A stretch of DNA of 64,000 nucleotides. Origin: an uncultured delta proteobacterium (lineage in GTDB: Bacteria > Myxococcota_A > Polyangia > Polyangiales > B10-G4). The first letter of the stretch is position 1. The number at the start of each line of letters is the position of its first letter. The notes below the pieces were generated by a model, which saw nothing but the letters and a program-made list of their open reading frames with translations, did not search any database and had not been told where the DNA came from. The position numbers and the translations under genes are program-made. Positions 36,981-46,658 of this stretch are shown here, one piece after another. The stretch is from NCBI GenBank assembly GCA_963727445.1, contig CAVSGI010000009.1:416001-480000 (forward strand), given 5' to 3'.

Positions 36981-39502
36981 CCGTCCGATCCTGGTGCACG
37001 CAAGGCAGCGTCCGGGATGGGAACCATCGCGGAGTCGATGTTGCGTTCGTTGTCGATGAAGACGACGTCGCGCGTCAGCCGGTCGAAGTCGTAATCCGGT
37101 GCGTCCTGCACGTTGAGTCCGATGGGGTTGTTCGCGATCACCCCTCGCTCGAGGTCCGCCTCGCCTCCGCTGGCGATCTGCGCGCCACCGAGCGCGCTAT
37201 CCGCGATGCGGAAGTCGCTCAGCACGATCCGCCCAGAGTCGACGGCGGACGCGCCCCAGCCGGCGCCGGTGTCGCAACGACCAGCTTCGGCGCAAGCCGC
37301 CACGCGCGTGCCCTCGACGGTCACTTGGGACGCCGTGATGATCGAGCCATGCCCCATGGCCAGCATGCCCACTTCGCGGTTGTTCCGAAGGCTCGCCCCG
37401 GCGAGCTCCACGACGCCGCCGAGCTGGGCGACCACCGCCCGACCGAGTTGTCCCGTGGCTGAGTTGCTTTCCGTGTTTTGCACCACGACATCTCGTACGG
37501 AGACGTCCGATCCCGAGAAGACGCCGATCCCGAGGCCGTGGGCGCCGTCGATTTCGACGCGCTGGAGGTCGACGACCGACGCGAGATCGGCGTTCAGCCC
37601 CCAACCGAACTGTCCCATTCGATTCTCGCGGCAGGTGTCGATGCCCAGATCCAGCAGATGCAGCTCGGCGTCCAAGACATTCACAGCGACGTGCGTCGTG
37701 TCGTGCACGGCGACGCGTTCGAGAGCGACCGACGCGCCCCGCTCCACCTGTATCCCGCCGCCGAACTCCTCCCCCGCGGAGGTCAGCAAGCGCGCATCCA
37801 CTCCGTCGATGGTGAGATCCGTCAGAGAACCGCGTGTCCCGTCTCCCCCCGCGACGAGCCCCGCGCCTCCGACATCTTCGATCCGGATGCGCGCACCATC
37901 GACCACGACGCCGTTCGTGAGACTGAGCCCGTAACCCGCGTTTTCGTCGGTGCCGATCCCCTGGATGGTCACGTCGTGCAGCGAGCCCTCGGTTCCTGCC
38001 AGCTCCAGCTGTACGCCGTAATCTGCGGCGTCTTCGACGAGCACTCGTTCGAGCTCGGCACGCCCGCCGTTCACGGTGATGCCGACGCCCAAGCCGTCGG
38101 ACGGTCTCGGCTGCACGCGCGTCACCCGTAGGTCCGTGGCGAGGAGCGTGCTGCCCTCGGCCCGCACTCCGGCCTCGAAGACATCGCGTATGACGGTGCG
38201 GGTCAGCTGCAAATGGCCGTCGTTCTCGACGCTCGCTCCTCGGCCGAAGGCGTCCATCCGGGGGACGATCTCGGAGACGACGACGTCCTCGCCTTCGAAG
38301 CTGGCGCCTCGCGTGATGACGATCCCGAAATCCTCCGCCTGGTCGACGTAGAGGCCCTGCGCCCCGACCCGGGCTCCTTCGTGGACGGCGACGCCGTGGC
38401 CGCTGGACTCTGCGCTGACCGCCGAGGTCGGCACGATGCGCCGGACGACCACATCCTCGAGCGTGACTTCCGTGCCCTCGTCGAACGCGAGGACGCCCGA
38501 CTCGCGGCGATCCTCGAAGACCGAACGTGCCACCGTGACGCTCGCGCCCCCCTGTGCGTGGAGCCCTTCGGACCCGGTGCCACTTCTGGTCTGTCGGACG
38601 ACGACGGCGTCGAGCGCGACCACACCCCCGTCGGCCGCGAAGACGCCGATTCCGGAGTTGTCCTCGAAGACCGCCCTGCGAATGGTCGCTGTCCCCTCCT
38701 GTTCGACATCGAGGCCCCGACCGACGATCCCGGCGCGCGTCCCGCGCACGATGAGCCCTTCCGCCTCCACGTGCGCCCCGAAGGTCGCTTCGATACCGAG
38801 GTTTTCGTTGCCATCGACGATGACGTTCTCGAGCCGCACGCTGACCGAGCCCGATGCCGAGACCCCGAGACCAGACCCGCTGAGCGTCACGTCGCGAATC
38901 GCCACGTCCATTCCCGCGACGGTCAGCGTCGCGGCGACGGGAGACGGCGCCACGATGATCGTCTCGCCGGCGCACGCGCCGCGCAGGGTCACCCCCCCGC
39001 GCAAGTTGCCGACCGCCTCGGCGTAGGTGCCTCGCGCGAGTGCCACCACGTCTCCCGCTCCCGATGCCCTCGCCGCGTCACCGATGGACGCGAAAGGCGC
39101 GGTGCGGCTTCCATCGCCGCCGGCCGGAGCGCCGCTCTTTACGTAGCGCACGCCCGACGCTGGCAAGTCTGCTGCCCATTCGCCTTCCCCGGGACATGTC
39201 GGGCCGAGTTGCTCGCACCCATCGGAACCGGGCACGTGGATCTCCGCGGGCCCGCAATCGAGCGGCCCGTCGGGCCAAGGGTCACAGACCCCGTCGGCGG
39301 TGGTCGTGAACCCCGCGGGGCAACTCCGGCCGGGGGGCGCGGGCGCTTCGGGCACCGCGGGCTCCGCGACCGACCAGCCCCCGGAATCGGGGCCCACGCC
39401 CGCATCGCCGTCCATCCCCATCGGAGCGCCGCCGTCACAGCCGAGGAGCAGCGCCGCGATCGAGGCACATGTCGCGAGAGATGCTCGTGGATGATTGGGC
39501 AC
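36977..39502 (-). CDS. Right-handed parallel beta-helix lipoprotein (DUF1565-like N-cap)
   Basis: Lipobox AALLLG-C; YVKSGAPAGGDGSRTAPFASIGDA...GTYAE; periodic G(R)G(L).V..G repeats. Confidence 0.82.
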   Translation of the reverse strand: MPNHPRASLATCASIAALLLGCDGGAPMGMDGDAGVGPDSGGWSVAEPAVPEAPAPPGRSCPAGFTTTADGVCDPWPDGPLDCGPAEIHVPGSDGCEQLGPTCPGEGEWAADLPASGVRYVKSGAPAGGDGSRTAPFASIGDAARASGAGDVVALARGTYAEAVGNLRGGVTLRGACAGETIIVAPSPVAATLTVAGMDVAIRDVTLSGSGLGVSASGSVSVRLENVIVDGNENLGIEATFGAHVEAEGLIVRGTRAGIVGRGLDVEQEGTATIRRAVFEDNSGIGVFAADGGVVALDAVVVRQTRSGTGSEGLHAQGGASVTVARSVFEDRRESGVLAFDEGTEVTLEDVVVRRIVPTSAVSAESSGHGVAVHEGARVGAQGLYVDQAEDFGIVITRGASFEGEDVVVSEIVPRMDAFGRGASVENDGHLQLTRTVIRDVFEAGVRAEGSTLLATDLRVTRVQPRPSDGLGVGITVNGGRAELERVLVEDAADYGVQLELAGTEGSLHDVTIQGIGTDENAGYGLSLTNGVVVDGARIRIEDVGGAGLVAGGDGTRGSLTDLTIDGVDARLLTSAGEEFGGGIQVERGASVALERVAVHDTTHVAVNVLDAELHLLDLGIDTCRENRMGQFGWGLNADLASVVDLQRVEIDGAHGLGIGVFSGSDVSVRDVVVQNTESNSATGQLGRAVVAQLGGVVELAGASLRNNREVGMLAMGHGSIITASQVTVEGTRVAACAEAGRCDTGAGWGASAVDSGRIVLSDFRIADSALGGAQIASGGEADLERGVIANNPIGLNVQDAPDYDFDRLTRDVVFIDNERNIDSAMVPIPDAALRAPGSDG

Positions 39503-39565
39503 GGGGGCGACGCAATGTAGCAGGCACGCGCCGAGGGGAAGGAGCAGCCGGAGTCGACTTCCGAA

Positions 39566-40861
39566 TCACGGGCTGCAGGATGACGGGCGGTAGCCCGCGC
39601 CCACACGCTCGAAGGCGCCGAGATCGACGAAGCCCTCGGGGAGCGCGCCACGCCACGGGCGGACGCCGCGCACGCCGTAGGTGTCGTCGTTCCGGAACAG
39701 AACCTGGAACGTGCGCGTGGGGCGGACGACGACGCAGTCGGCGGATGCCTCCACCTCGGTGAGCACGCCCACCCAGGGGTAGGGGTGGGGCGGCGGTACC
39801 TCGACGTAGCCGAGGTGCTGAACGGTGAGCGTCGGACCGACCGTGAGGGTGTCGCCGTCGACGAGGAAGAGGCAGCGATCCTGGATGGCATCCCAGTCGT
39901 GGGAGCCGCCCGTGATCCGAAAGTAGCGGAGGGCGACGGCGCCGGGGCCGCCCTCGGGCGCGGCTTCGATCGACGCGAAGGTCTGAGCGAATTGCTGTGG
40001 GTCGAGGTTGCCGATCCGGAACGGCGGCGAGAAGCGCCACACCCCGTCGTGGCGGCTGCCGAAGCGGGCCTCGATGTCGTCGGCGGTGGTGGACCGGCTC
40101 ACGAGGACCCCGCTCGTCGTGCCGTCTGCGTCGCGCACCTCCGAGACGATGGCGAAGGCGCGATCGAGCTGGGTGATCTCCGGGTGCGGGCGCAGCACCT
40201 CGAAAGGCGGCGGGGCGACGGTGGTGGCGGGGCCGAGGGGGGACGCCGCCATGTGAGACTGGCGCAATGTCGGGTTGCGATATGCGGGAAACGGGTAGCC
40301 GTCGTCGTGGCGGCCGGGACGCGCGCCCCCGAGCAGGCGACGCTCGCCCGAGGGGACCGTGACCTCCTCGAAGCGCACGCGCTCGGGGGCCGCGGCGTCC
40401 ACGAGCGGCAGAGCCCAGCGCTCCGAGGGGCCGTTGAGCGAGACGGCCTCCGTCACGCCGGGAATGCCGGTGCCCTCGAAGTAGCGCAGATCGCGCGGGT
40501 CGCGGATGCAACGCACGTCGGGCGCTGCTCCGTCGGCCTCGAGGGTGATGCAGAGATCCGTTTCGGACGCGCGGCGAATCACGCCGAACGTCGCCTCCGT
40601 ATCGCGTGGCCCCCCGATCGGATGGGACGAGATCGAGAGCACGTCGGGGTTCGCGTGCAGGAACGCCACGACCGAAGCTGCGAACACCGGCGCGGCGGGC
40701 GGCGCGGGATCGGATGGCATGTCGTCGACCGGAGCGGGCGGCTCCGGCGCCTCTTGCGAAGTGAAGCGGGGAGGGGGCGACGCGCCGCAGTCACATCCCG
40801 CCGACAGGAGGACGAGCGCGATGAGCGTGGCGGGTGGCGGCACGACGAACAGCATACTCAC
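39566..40861 (-). CDS. Hypothetical lipoprotein
   Basis: LIALVLLSAG-CDC lipobox then a Pro-rich linker; begins 9 nt after the HTTM stop. Confidence 0.62.
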   Translation of the reverse strand: MSMLFVVPPPATLIALVLLSAGCDCGASPPPRFTSQEAPEPPAPVDDMPSDPAPPAAPVFAASVVAFLHANPDVLSISSHPIGGPRDTEATFGVIRRASETDLCITLEADGAAPDVRCIRDPRDLRYFEGTGIPGVTEAVSLNGPSERWALPLVDAAAPERVRFEEVTVPSGERRLLGGARPGRHDDGYPFPAYRNPTLRQSHMAASPLGPATTVAPPPFEVLRPHPEITQLDRAFAIVSEVRDADGTTSGVLVSRSTTADDIEARFGSRHDGVWRFSPPFRIGNLDPQQFAQTFASIEAAPEGGPGAVALRYFRITGGSHDWDAIQDRCLFLVDGDTLTVGPTLTVQHLGYVEVPPPHPYPWVGVLTEVEASADCVVVRPTRTFQVLFRNDDTYGVRGVRPWRGALPEGFVDLGAFERVGAGYRPSSCSP

Positions 40862-40870
40862 CGTCGCACT

Positions 40871-41785
40871 CTAGGCGTAGCGCGCACGGAGCTTCTTCAC
40901 CCACCTGCAATCCAGCATCTTCTCGACGCGGAAGAACGCGGCGAAGGCGATGAAGGAGAGCTGGTAGATGAAGCCGATGGCCATCAGCAGCAGCACGCCG
41001 ACGTGGAAGCCCCAGATCAAGATGGCCCAGGCGGCGCCCACGCGCCGGTGGACCAGCGCCAGCGGGGCCAGCGCCTCGAGCGCCAGGCTCACCCACGCCA
41101 TCATCATGAAGAAGCCCGGATAGGGCAGGAGCCACGCGCCCAGCGGCGAGTAGACCGAGCCGAGCTCGATCTTTCGCACGTTGTCGTACGCGATGTAGTT
41201 GCGCAGGTTCACGTCGTCGACGAAGCCGGCCCCGCTGTTCTCGAACTTCGCGATCGCCGCGAGCAGATAGGCGCACGCGCAGAGGATGCAGATGAGCCGC
41301 AGTGCCCAGCCGTAGCGTCCCGTTTCGCCCGCTTCCGCGGTCACCCGGCCTGAGCGCGCGTCGAGGGAGATGGCGTCCGCCGCCGGCGCCAGCGCGAGGA
41401 CGAGGATCTGCACGCACATCATGTTGTCCACGTGCAGGATCATCCCGAAGGAGTTCGAGTAGGTGAGCACCCAGAGCTGCAGGACCGCGAAGATGGGTGC
41501 CGTGTACTTGTAGCGGTAGCCGGTAGCGAACGCGGCGGCGAAGACCAGGGTCAGGATGACCAGTGCGACCACCACCGCGGGGAGCAGCGGTCGCGGAGCG
41601 AGCGTCGCGATGCCGACCGGCTGAAAGTAGTGCTGGTCCATCGACGCGAAGCTGATCAGATGCGGCGTGCGTATGATCAGATAGACGAGGGCGTAGCCGC
41701 CCACCAACACGCGCAGGACGCCGAGGCGCTCGGCCGGCGCCGGCGGCATGAAGACGCGATCGAGGACGCCGGTCACGGCGCTCAT
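40871..41785 (-). CDS. HTTM-domain membrane protein (vitamin-K-dependent carboxylase/SdpB-related superfamily)
   Basis: LGVLRVLVG, ATGYRYK, PAADAISLDA, YLLAAIAK, LALE, WGFHVGV.LLM.I motifs. Confidence 0.82.
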   Translation of the reverse strand: MSAVTGVLDRVFMPPAPAERLGVLRVLVGGYALVYLIIRTPHLISFASMDQHYFQPVGIATLAPRPLLPAVVVALVILTLVFAAAFATGYRYKYTAPIFAVLQLWVLTYSNSFGMILHVDNMMCVQILVLALAPAADAISLDARSGRVTAEAGETGRYGWALRLICILCACAYLLAAIAKFENSGAGFVDDVNLRNYIAYDNVRKIELGSVYSPLGAWLLPYPGFFMMMAWVSLALEALAPLALVHRRVGAAWAILIWGFHVGVLLLMAIGFIYQLSFIAFAAFFRVEKMLDCRWVKKLRARYA

Positions 41786-42234
41786 CGCTCCACCTCGCAG
41801 CGCATGTGCACCCGGCGAGCCCGAGGCTCGGTGTCGCCTTCGAAGTAGGCGACGCTGTCGAAGGTGCTGGTCGCGATCTCCACCGACTCGACGTCGGCCA
41901 ACTCGGCGTCGCCGCTCTCGGCGACACGCTCTGCGATCTGGTGACAGAGGCTCGCCTGGGTCGAGGGGCCGCCGTCGATCGCAGCCTGGATGGTCATCAT
42001 CGACTGCAGGACCTCGTAGGTCGCCGCGGAGATCGACGGTGAGAGGGGGGTCTCCTCGGCGTCCGCGTGAACGCCGAGCGCGTGGGGCAGCGTCAGCAGC
42101 GGGTCGGGCCGCCCGTAGGAGAACATCGGGTAGTTGCTGAGCGGAAAGCTATCGACCGGCGGATCGCGAAACGCCGGCCAGAGGACAAGTGCGGTCAAAA
42201 GCACACTGACGGAATAGACGTACACGCGGTACAT
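41782..42234 (-). CDS. Small membrane-anchored HTTM partner protein
   Basis: One TM then DSFPLSNYPMFS; two Cys in the soluble part; ATGA overlap with the HTTM gene. Confidence 0.72.
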   Translation of the reverse strand: MYRVYVYSVSVLLTALVLWPAFRDPPVDSFPLSNYPMFSYGRPDPLLTLPHALGVHADAEETPLSPSISAATYEVLQSMMTIQAAIDGGPSTQASLCHQIAERVAESGDAELADVESVEIATSTFDSVAYFEGDTEPRARRVHMRCEVER

Positions 42235-42315
42235 CGCGCCGGGAGTAGAGCACATCTCCCAACCCCCTCGGCCGGCTTTCGGGCGGGGCCGTCACGTATA
42301 CTTCCTCCGCCCCCG

Positions 42316-43608
42316 ATGGCGCTTCCCCACCCCTTGCGTCCCTACCTCGCCCGCGCACCGCGCGCGGTACTGGTCCTCTACGCCGTGACCACGGCGTTCG
42401 CGACCTACTTCGGGATGTACGCCTTCCGCAAACCCTTCGCGGCGGCGACCTTCGAGGGGCAGACCTTCCTCGGGACCGGCCTCGATCTGAAGACGGCCTT
42501 CGTGATCAGCCAGATCGTCGGCTACACGCTGAGCAAGTACGCCGGCATCAAGGTCGTCTCCGAGGTCGCCGCCGAACGCCGCGCCGCGACCCTCATCACG
42601 CTCATCACCGTGGCCGAGCTGGCGCTCGTGCTCTTCGGCGTGCTGCCTGGCGCGTTCATGTCCTTCGGGCTCTTCGTCAACGGCCTCGCGCTCGGGATGA
42701 TCTGGGGCCTGGTGGTTCGCTACCTCGAGGGGCGCAAGAGCTCCGAGCTCCTCCTCGCGGGCCTCAGCACTTCGTTCATCGTCGCGAGTGGCGCCGTCAA
42801 AGACGTCGGCCGCTACCTGATGCGCGACGTGGGCATCAGCGAGATCTGGATGCCCGCGGCGACCGGCGCGATCTTCTTTCCCGTCTTCATCCTCTCCGTC
42901 TTCCTCCTCGATCAAGTCCCCGACCCCACCGAAGAGGACATCGTCGCCCGCGTCGAGCGCCGTCCGATGAACGCGGCCGAGCGGCGCGCCTTCATCGCGC
43001 GCTTCGCCGTCGGTCTGGTGCCCCTCTTCGGCGTGTACATCGCGTCCACCGCCTATCGAGACTTCCGTGACAACTACGGCGTCGAGATCTTCGCCGGCCT
43101 CGGTTACCAGGAGCAACCCGGCCTCTTCACCCAGAGCGAGATCTGGGTCGCCCTCGGGGTGCTCGCGATCCTCGCCGCCCTCAACCTCGTCTCCGACAAT
43201 CGCCGCGGCCTCGCCGGTGCCTTCGTGGTGATGATCGGCGGTGCGCTCCTCATCGGCATCTCCACCCTCCTGCTCGACTCCGGCGCGCTCGACGGGATGA
43301 CCTGGATGATCCTCGTGGGGCTCGGCTCCTATCTGGTCTACGTCCCCTTCAACACGGTCCTCTTCGACCGGATGATCGCCGCCACCCGCGTCCAGGCCAC
43401 GGCGGTCTTCGCCATCTACGTGGCGGATGCGCTCGGCTACACCGGTTCGATCGGTGCCCAGCTCTACAAAGACTTCGGCGACCCCGGCGCCACGCGCCTG
43501 GGCTTCTTCCGGGGCTTCTCCTACGGATTCGCCGCGGTGGGTGCGGTGCTCCTCGTCGCCTGTCTCGTCTACTTCTGGCGACGGAGCCGCCCGGCGGACG
43601 CAAACTGA
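42316..43608 (+). CDS. DUF5690-family multi-pass membrane protein (MFS-like)
   Basis: YFGMYAFRKPF, SQIVGYTLSKYAGIK, YLEGR, RDFRDNY, LFDRMIA, YVADALGYTGS. Confidence 0.8.
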   Translation: MALPHPLRPYLARAPRAVLVLYAVTTAFATYFGMYAFRKPFAAATFEGQTFLGTGLDLKTAFVISQIVGYTLSKYAGIKVVSEVAAERRAATLITLITVAELALVLFGVLPGAFMSFGLFVNGLALGMIWGLVVRYLEGRKSSELLLAGLSTSFIVASGAVKDVGRYLMRDVGISEIWMPAATGAIFFPVFILSVFLLDQVPDPTEEDIVARVERRPMNAAERRAFIARFAVGLVPLFGVYIASTAYRDFRDNYGVEIFAGLGYQEQPGLFTQSEIWVALGVLAILAALNLVSDNRRGLAGAFVVMIGGALLIGISTLLLDSGALDGMTWMILVGLGSYLVYVPFNTVLFDRMIAATRVQATAVFAIYVADALGYTGSIGAQLYKDFGDPGATRLGFFRGFSYGFAAVGAVLLVACLVYFWRRSRPADAN

Positions 43609-43640
43609 GCACCGACCTCTGCCGGGAGTATCCTCTTGGT

Positions 43641-45164
43641 GTGACCGTCGATTGGGCCGGTGCGCTGTTGGTCGGGCGTTATCGCCTCGGCCGGCGTGTG
43701 GGCGGCGGCGGCATGGGCGCGGTACACGAGGCGCGCGACGAGCGGGTCGGCCGGCGCGTGGCGGTGAAGGTGCTCCACCCGGAGCTCGCCCGCGAGCGTC
43801 AGCACATCGCGCGCTTCCTCCGCGAGGCCAAGGCCGCGGCGGGCTTGCTCCATCCGCACATCGTCCAGGTTCTCGACGTGAGCGGCAGCGAGGGCGAGGG
43901 CCCGCCTTTCTTGGTGATGGAGTTCTTGAGCGGTCAGTCCCTGGCCCGCATGCGCAAGGACGAGAAGAAGCTCGCGCCGGGCCGCGTGGTGCGCCTCGCG
44001 CGGCAGCTCCTGTCTGCGCTCGGCGCCGCGCACCGCGTGGGCATCGTCCATCGCGACATGAAGCCTGGCAACATCATCGTGCAGCGCGGGTACGACGGAC
44101 GCGAGATCGCGAAGATCGTCGACTTCGGCATCGCCAAGCTGATGGACACGCGGAGCTACTCGCGGCTCACCGCTACCGGCGAGGTCCTCGGCACGCCGAC
44201 CTTCATGTCGCCCGAGCAGCTGAGCGGAGAGGAGGTCGACGGGCGGGCGGACCTCTACGGCGTCGCGTCGATCATCTACGACTGCATCGTCGGCGAGCCG
44301 GCCGTCGGGTCGGGCCCGCTGGTGGAGATCGCCCAGCGTGCCCTGACCGGCGACCACCCCATCCTCGCCACGGTGGCGGACGTCCACCCGGGGCTCTCCG
44401 AAGTGGTGGAGCGCGCCCTCGCGGTCGATCCGAACGCGCGCTACCCCGACGCCGAGGCCATGTCGGAGGCGCTGGCGCCCTTCGAGGATCCGACGGATGC
44501 GCTCCTGGTGCCCGAGCATCGCCTCCCGCATCCGGCCACTCGCATGACGCCCTCGGTCCGGCCCGAGGCGACGATCCCGACCACCAGCGAGCGCCCTCCT
44601 TCCGCCTCGGGCAGCGGGGTGGCGATTCCAGCGACTGGGGAGCGGCCGCCTTCCGCCTCGGGCAGCAAGGCGGCGATTCCGGCGACCACCGAGCGGCCAC
44701 CTTCCGCCTCGGGCAGCAAGGCGGCGATTCCAGCGACCGGGGAGCGGCCGCCTTCCTCGGCGGGAGCGCCGCGCGACATGCCCCCGAGGGGCGAGCCGCC
44801 GCCCTCAGCGAACGCGTCCGTCTCCGGGGCGGTCCACGCCCAAGAGAGCCCGCGGCGGCGTGGGCTCTTTCTCGCCGCGCTGGCCTTCATCGGTTGTCTC
44901 CTCGGCGCCGGGGCCGTCGCGACCTACGTTCTCTTCGTCCGACGTGACGCCGGCGCAGCCCAAACGCCCCCCGTCCAGCCGAGCCCCACGCCCCCATCGT
45001 CATCCACGGCGACACCACCGCCCGCGCCCGCGACGGCGGCCGCGCCGACGTCGCCATCAACGGAGCCACCGCTGCAGCCCATGATGCCGTCGACCGGACC
45101 TGCTGCGGTCGTACCCGCACCACTCGCCGACCCCAACGCGGCGCCCGCGGGCGAGACGCACTGA
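43641..45164 (+). CDS. Hanks-type Ser/Thr protein kinase with repeat linker, TM and short Pro/Thr-rich tail
   Basis: GGGGMGAV, VAVKVL, HRDMKPGN, DFGIAK, GTPTFMSPE, DLYGV; TM GLFLAALAFIGCLLGAGAVATYVLFV. Confidence 0.95.
   Translation: MTVDWAGALLVGRYRLGRRVGGGGMGAVHEARDERVGRRVAVKVLHPELARERQHIARFLREAKAAAGLLHPHIVQVLDVSGSEGEGPPFLVMEFLSGQSLARMRKDEKKLAPGRVVRLARQLLSALGAAHRVGIVHRDMKPGNIIVQRGYDGREIAKIVDFGIAKLMDTRSYSRLTATGEVLGTPTFMSPEQLSGEEVDGRADLYGVASIIYDCIVGEPAVGSGPLVEIAQRALTGDHPILATVADVHPGLSEVVERALAVDPNARYPDAEAMSEALAPFEDPTDALLVPEHRLPHPATRMTPSVRPEATIPTTSERPPSASGSGVAIPATGERPPSASGSKAAIPATTERPPSASGSKAAIPATGERPPSSAGAPRDMPPRGEPPPSANASVSGAVHAQESPRRRGLFLAALAFIGCLLGAGAVATYVLFVRRDAGAAQTPPVQPSPTPPSSSTATPPPAPATAAAPTSPSTEPPLQPMMPSTGPAAVVPAPLADPNAAPAGETH
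44573..44760 (+). repeat. 51-nt coding tandem repeat, about 3.7 copies (IPATGERPPSASGSKAA)
   Basis: gattcc at 44624, 44675 and 44726 gives a 51-nt period with near-identical units. Confidence 0.9.
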
Positions 45165-45269
45165 CCGTCTCGGCCGTCTGAACGACGGCTCACCAAGCCG
45201 GTCTTCGTCCGGATCTCACGTTGATCCGACCTTCAACGGGTCGTGATCGGGCCTTTCATTTTCGTGCCG

Positions 45270-45298
45270 TTGGCCTGACATTCTCTTTCGGGTATTCT
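45270..45298 (+). promoter_or_regulatory. Sigma-70 promoter candidate for gltA
   Basis: TTGGCC-N17-TATTCT in an AT-enriched intergenic stretch. Confidence 0.5.
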
Positions 45299-45364
45299 CG
45301 CCGCCCCTTCTCCCAGGGTGGCTCGCAGCCCCCCGGAGAAGTCCGGAGAAAGGTAGAGCAGCGC

Positions 45365-46654
45365 ATGTCGAAGGATTCGTTGACGGTCACCGACAACCGG
45401 ACTGGCAAGACCTACGAGCTGCCGGTCGAAAACGGGACCATCAAGGCGATGGACCTGCGCCAGATCAAGGTGTCTGACGACGACTTCGGGATGATGTCCT
45501 ACGACCCCGCGTACAAGAACACGGCTTCGACCAAGTCGAAGATCACGTTCATCGACGGTGAGAAGGGCATCCTCAAGTACCGCGGCTACGCGATCGAGGA
45601 CCTCGCCGAGAAGGCCACCTTCCTCGAGGTCGCGTATCTCCTCATCCACGGAGACCTGCCCACCGCGTCCCAACTCGAGGACTGGCGACACAACATCACG
45701 TACCACACGCTGGTGCACGAGAACATCCGCGAGCTCATCGACGCGTTCCGTTACGACGCGCACCCCATGGGCACGCTGGTCAGCACCGTCGGCGCCCTGA
45801 GCACCTTCTATCCCGACGCGAAGGAAGTCGACGATCCGGAGAACCGGCGCCTCCAGATGTTCCGCCTCATCGCGAAGATCCCGACGCTCGCCGCGTACGC
45901 GTATCGGCACCGTCGCGGGATGCCCTACGTCTATCCGGACAACGACCTCAGCTACGCCGGCAACTTCTTGAACATGTTGTTCAAGATGACCGAGACCAAG
46001 TACAAGCCGAGCCCCGCGATCGAGAAGGCGCTCGACGTCCTCTTCATCCTCCACGCCGACCACGAGCAGAACTGCTCGGCGTCGACGATGCGTCAGGTCG
46101 GATCGTCCCACGTGGACCCCTACAGCGCGCTCGCCGCTGCGTCGGCGGCGCTCTACGGCCCGCTTCACGGCGGCGCCAACGAGGCGGTGGTTCACATGCT
46201 CCGCGAGATCGGCAGCGTGAAGAACATCCCCGCGGCCGTGGACAAGGCGAAGAACGGCGAGTTCCGCCTCATGGGCTTCGGCCACCGCGTCTACAAGAAC
46301 TACGACCCGCGCGCGAAGATCATCAAGACGCTCGCCCACGAGGTGTTCGCGGAGGTGGGCAAGAATCCGCTCATCGACATCGCGGTGGAGCTCGAGAAGA
46401 TCGCCCTCGACGACGAGTACTTCGTGAAGCGCAAGCTCTACCCGAACGTCGACTTCTACAGCGGCCTCATCTACCAGGCGATGGGCCTGCCGATGGACAT
46501 GTTCCCGGTGCTCTTCGCCATCGGCCGCACGCCGGGCTGGCTCTCCCAGTGGGAAGAGATGCTCACCGACCCCGAGCAGAAGATCGCGCGTCCCCGCCAG
46601 GTGTATCTCGGCGAGATGAACCGCGACTACGTGCCCATCGACCAGCGCAAGTAG
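45365..46654 (+). CDS. gltA: Citrate synthase
   Basis: ITFIDGEKGILKYRGY, LHADHEQNCS, GPLHGGANE, LMGFGHRVYKNYDPRA, YPNVDFYSG. Confidence 0.97.
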   Translation: MSKDSLTVTDNRTGKTYELPVENGTIKAMDLRQIKVSDDDFGMMSYDPAYKNTASTKSKITFIDGEKGILKYRGYAIEDLAEKATFLEVAYLLIHGDLPTASQLEDWRHNITYHTLVHENIRELIDAFRYDAHPMGTLVSTVGALSTFYPDAKEVDDPENRRLQMFRLIAKIPTLAAYAYRHRRGMPYVYPDNDLSYAGNFLNMLFKMTETKYKPSPAIEKALDVLFILHADHEQNCSASTMRQVGSSHVDPYSALAAASAALYGPLHGGANEAVVHMLREIGSVKNIPAAVDKAKNGEFRLMGFGHRVYKNYDPRAKIIKTLAHEVFAEVGKNPLIDIAVELEKIALDDEYFVKRKLYPNVDFYSGLIYQAMGLPMDMFPVLFAIGRTPGWLSQWEEMLTDPEQKIARPRQVYLGEMNRDYVPIDQRK

Positions 46655-46658
46655 CGGC

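Noticed and set aside
44573..44760. Tandem repeats here and at 15266-15382 as a CRISPR array
   Set aside because: No unique spacers, unit lengths are multiples of 3 inside ORFs, and there are no cas genes
45173..45189. GC hairpins (45173-45189, about 34526-34540, about 59587-59601, about 26107-26142) as intrinsic terminators
   Set aside because: Short stems without U-tracts are expected by chance at this GC content
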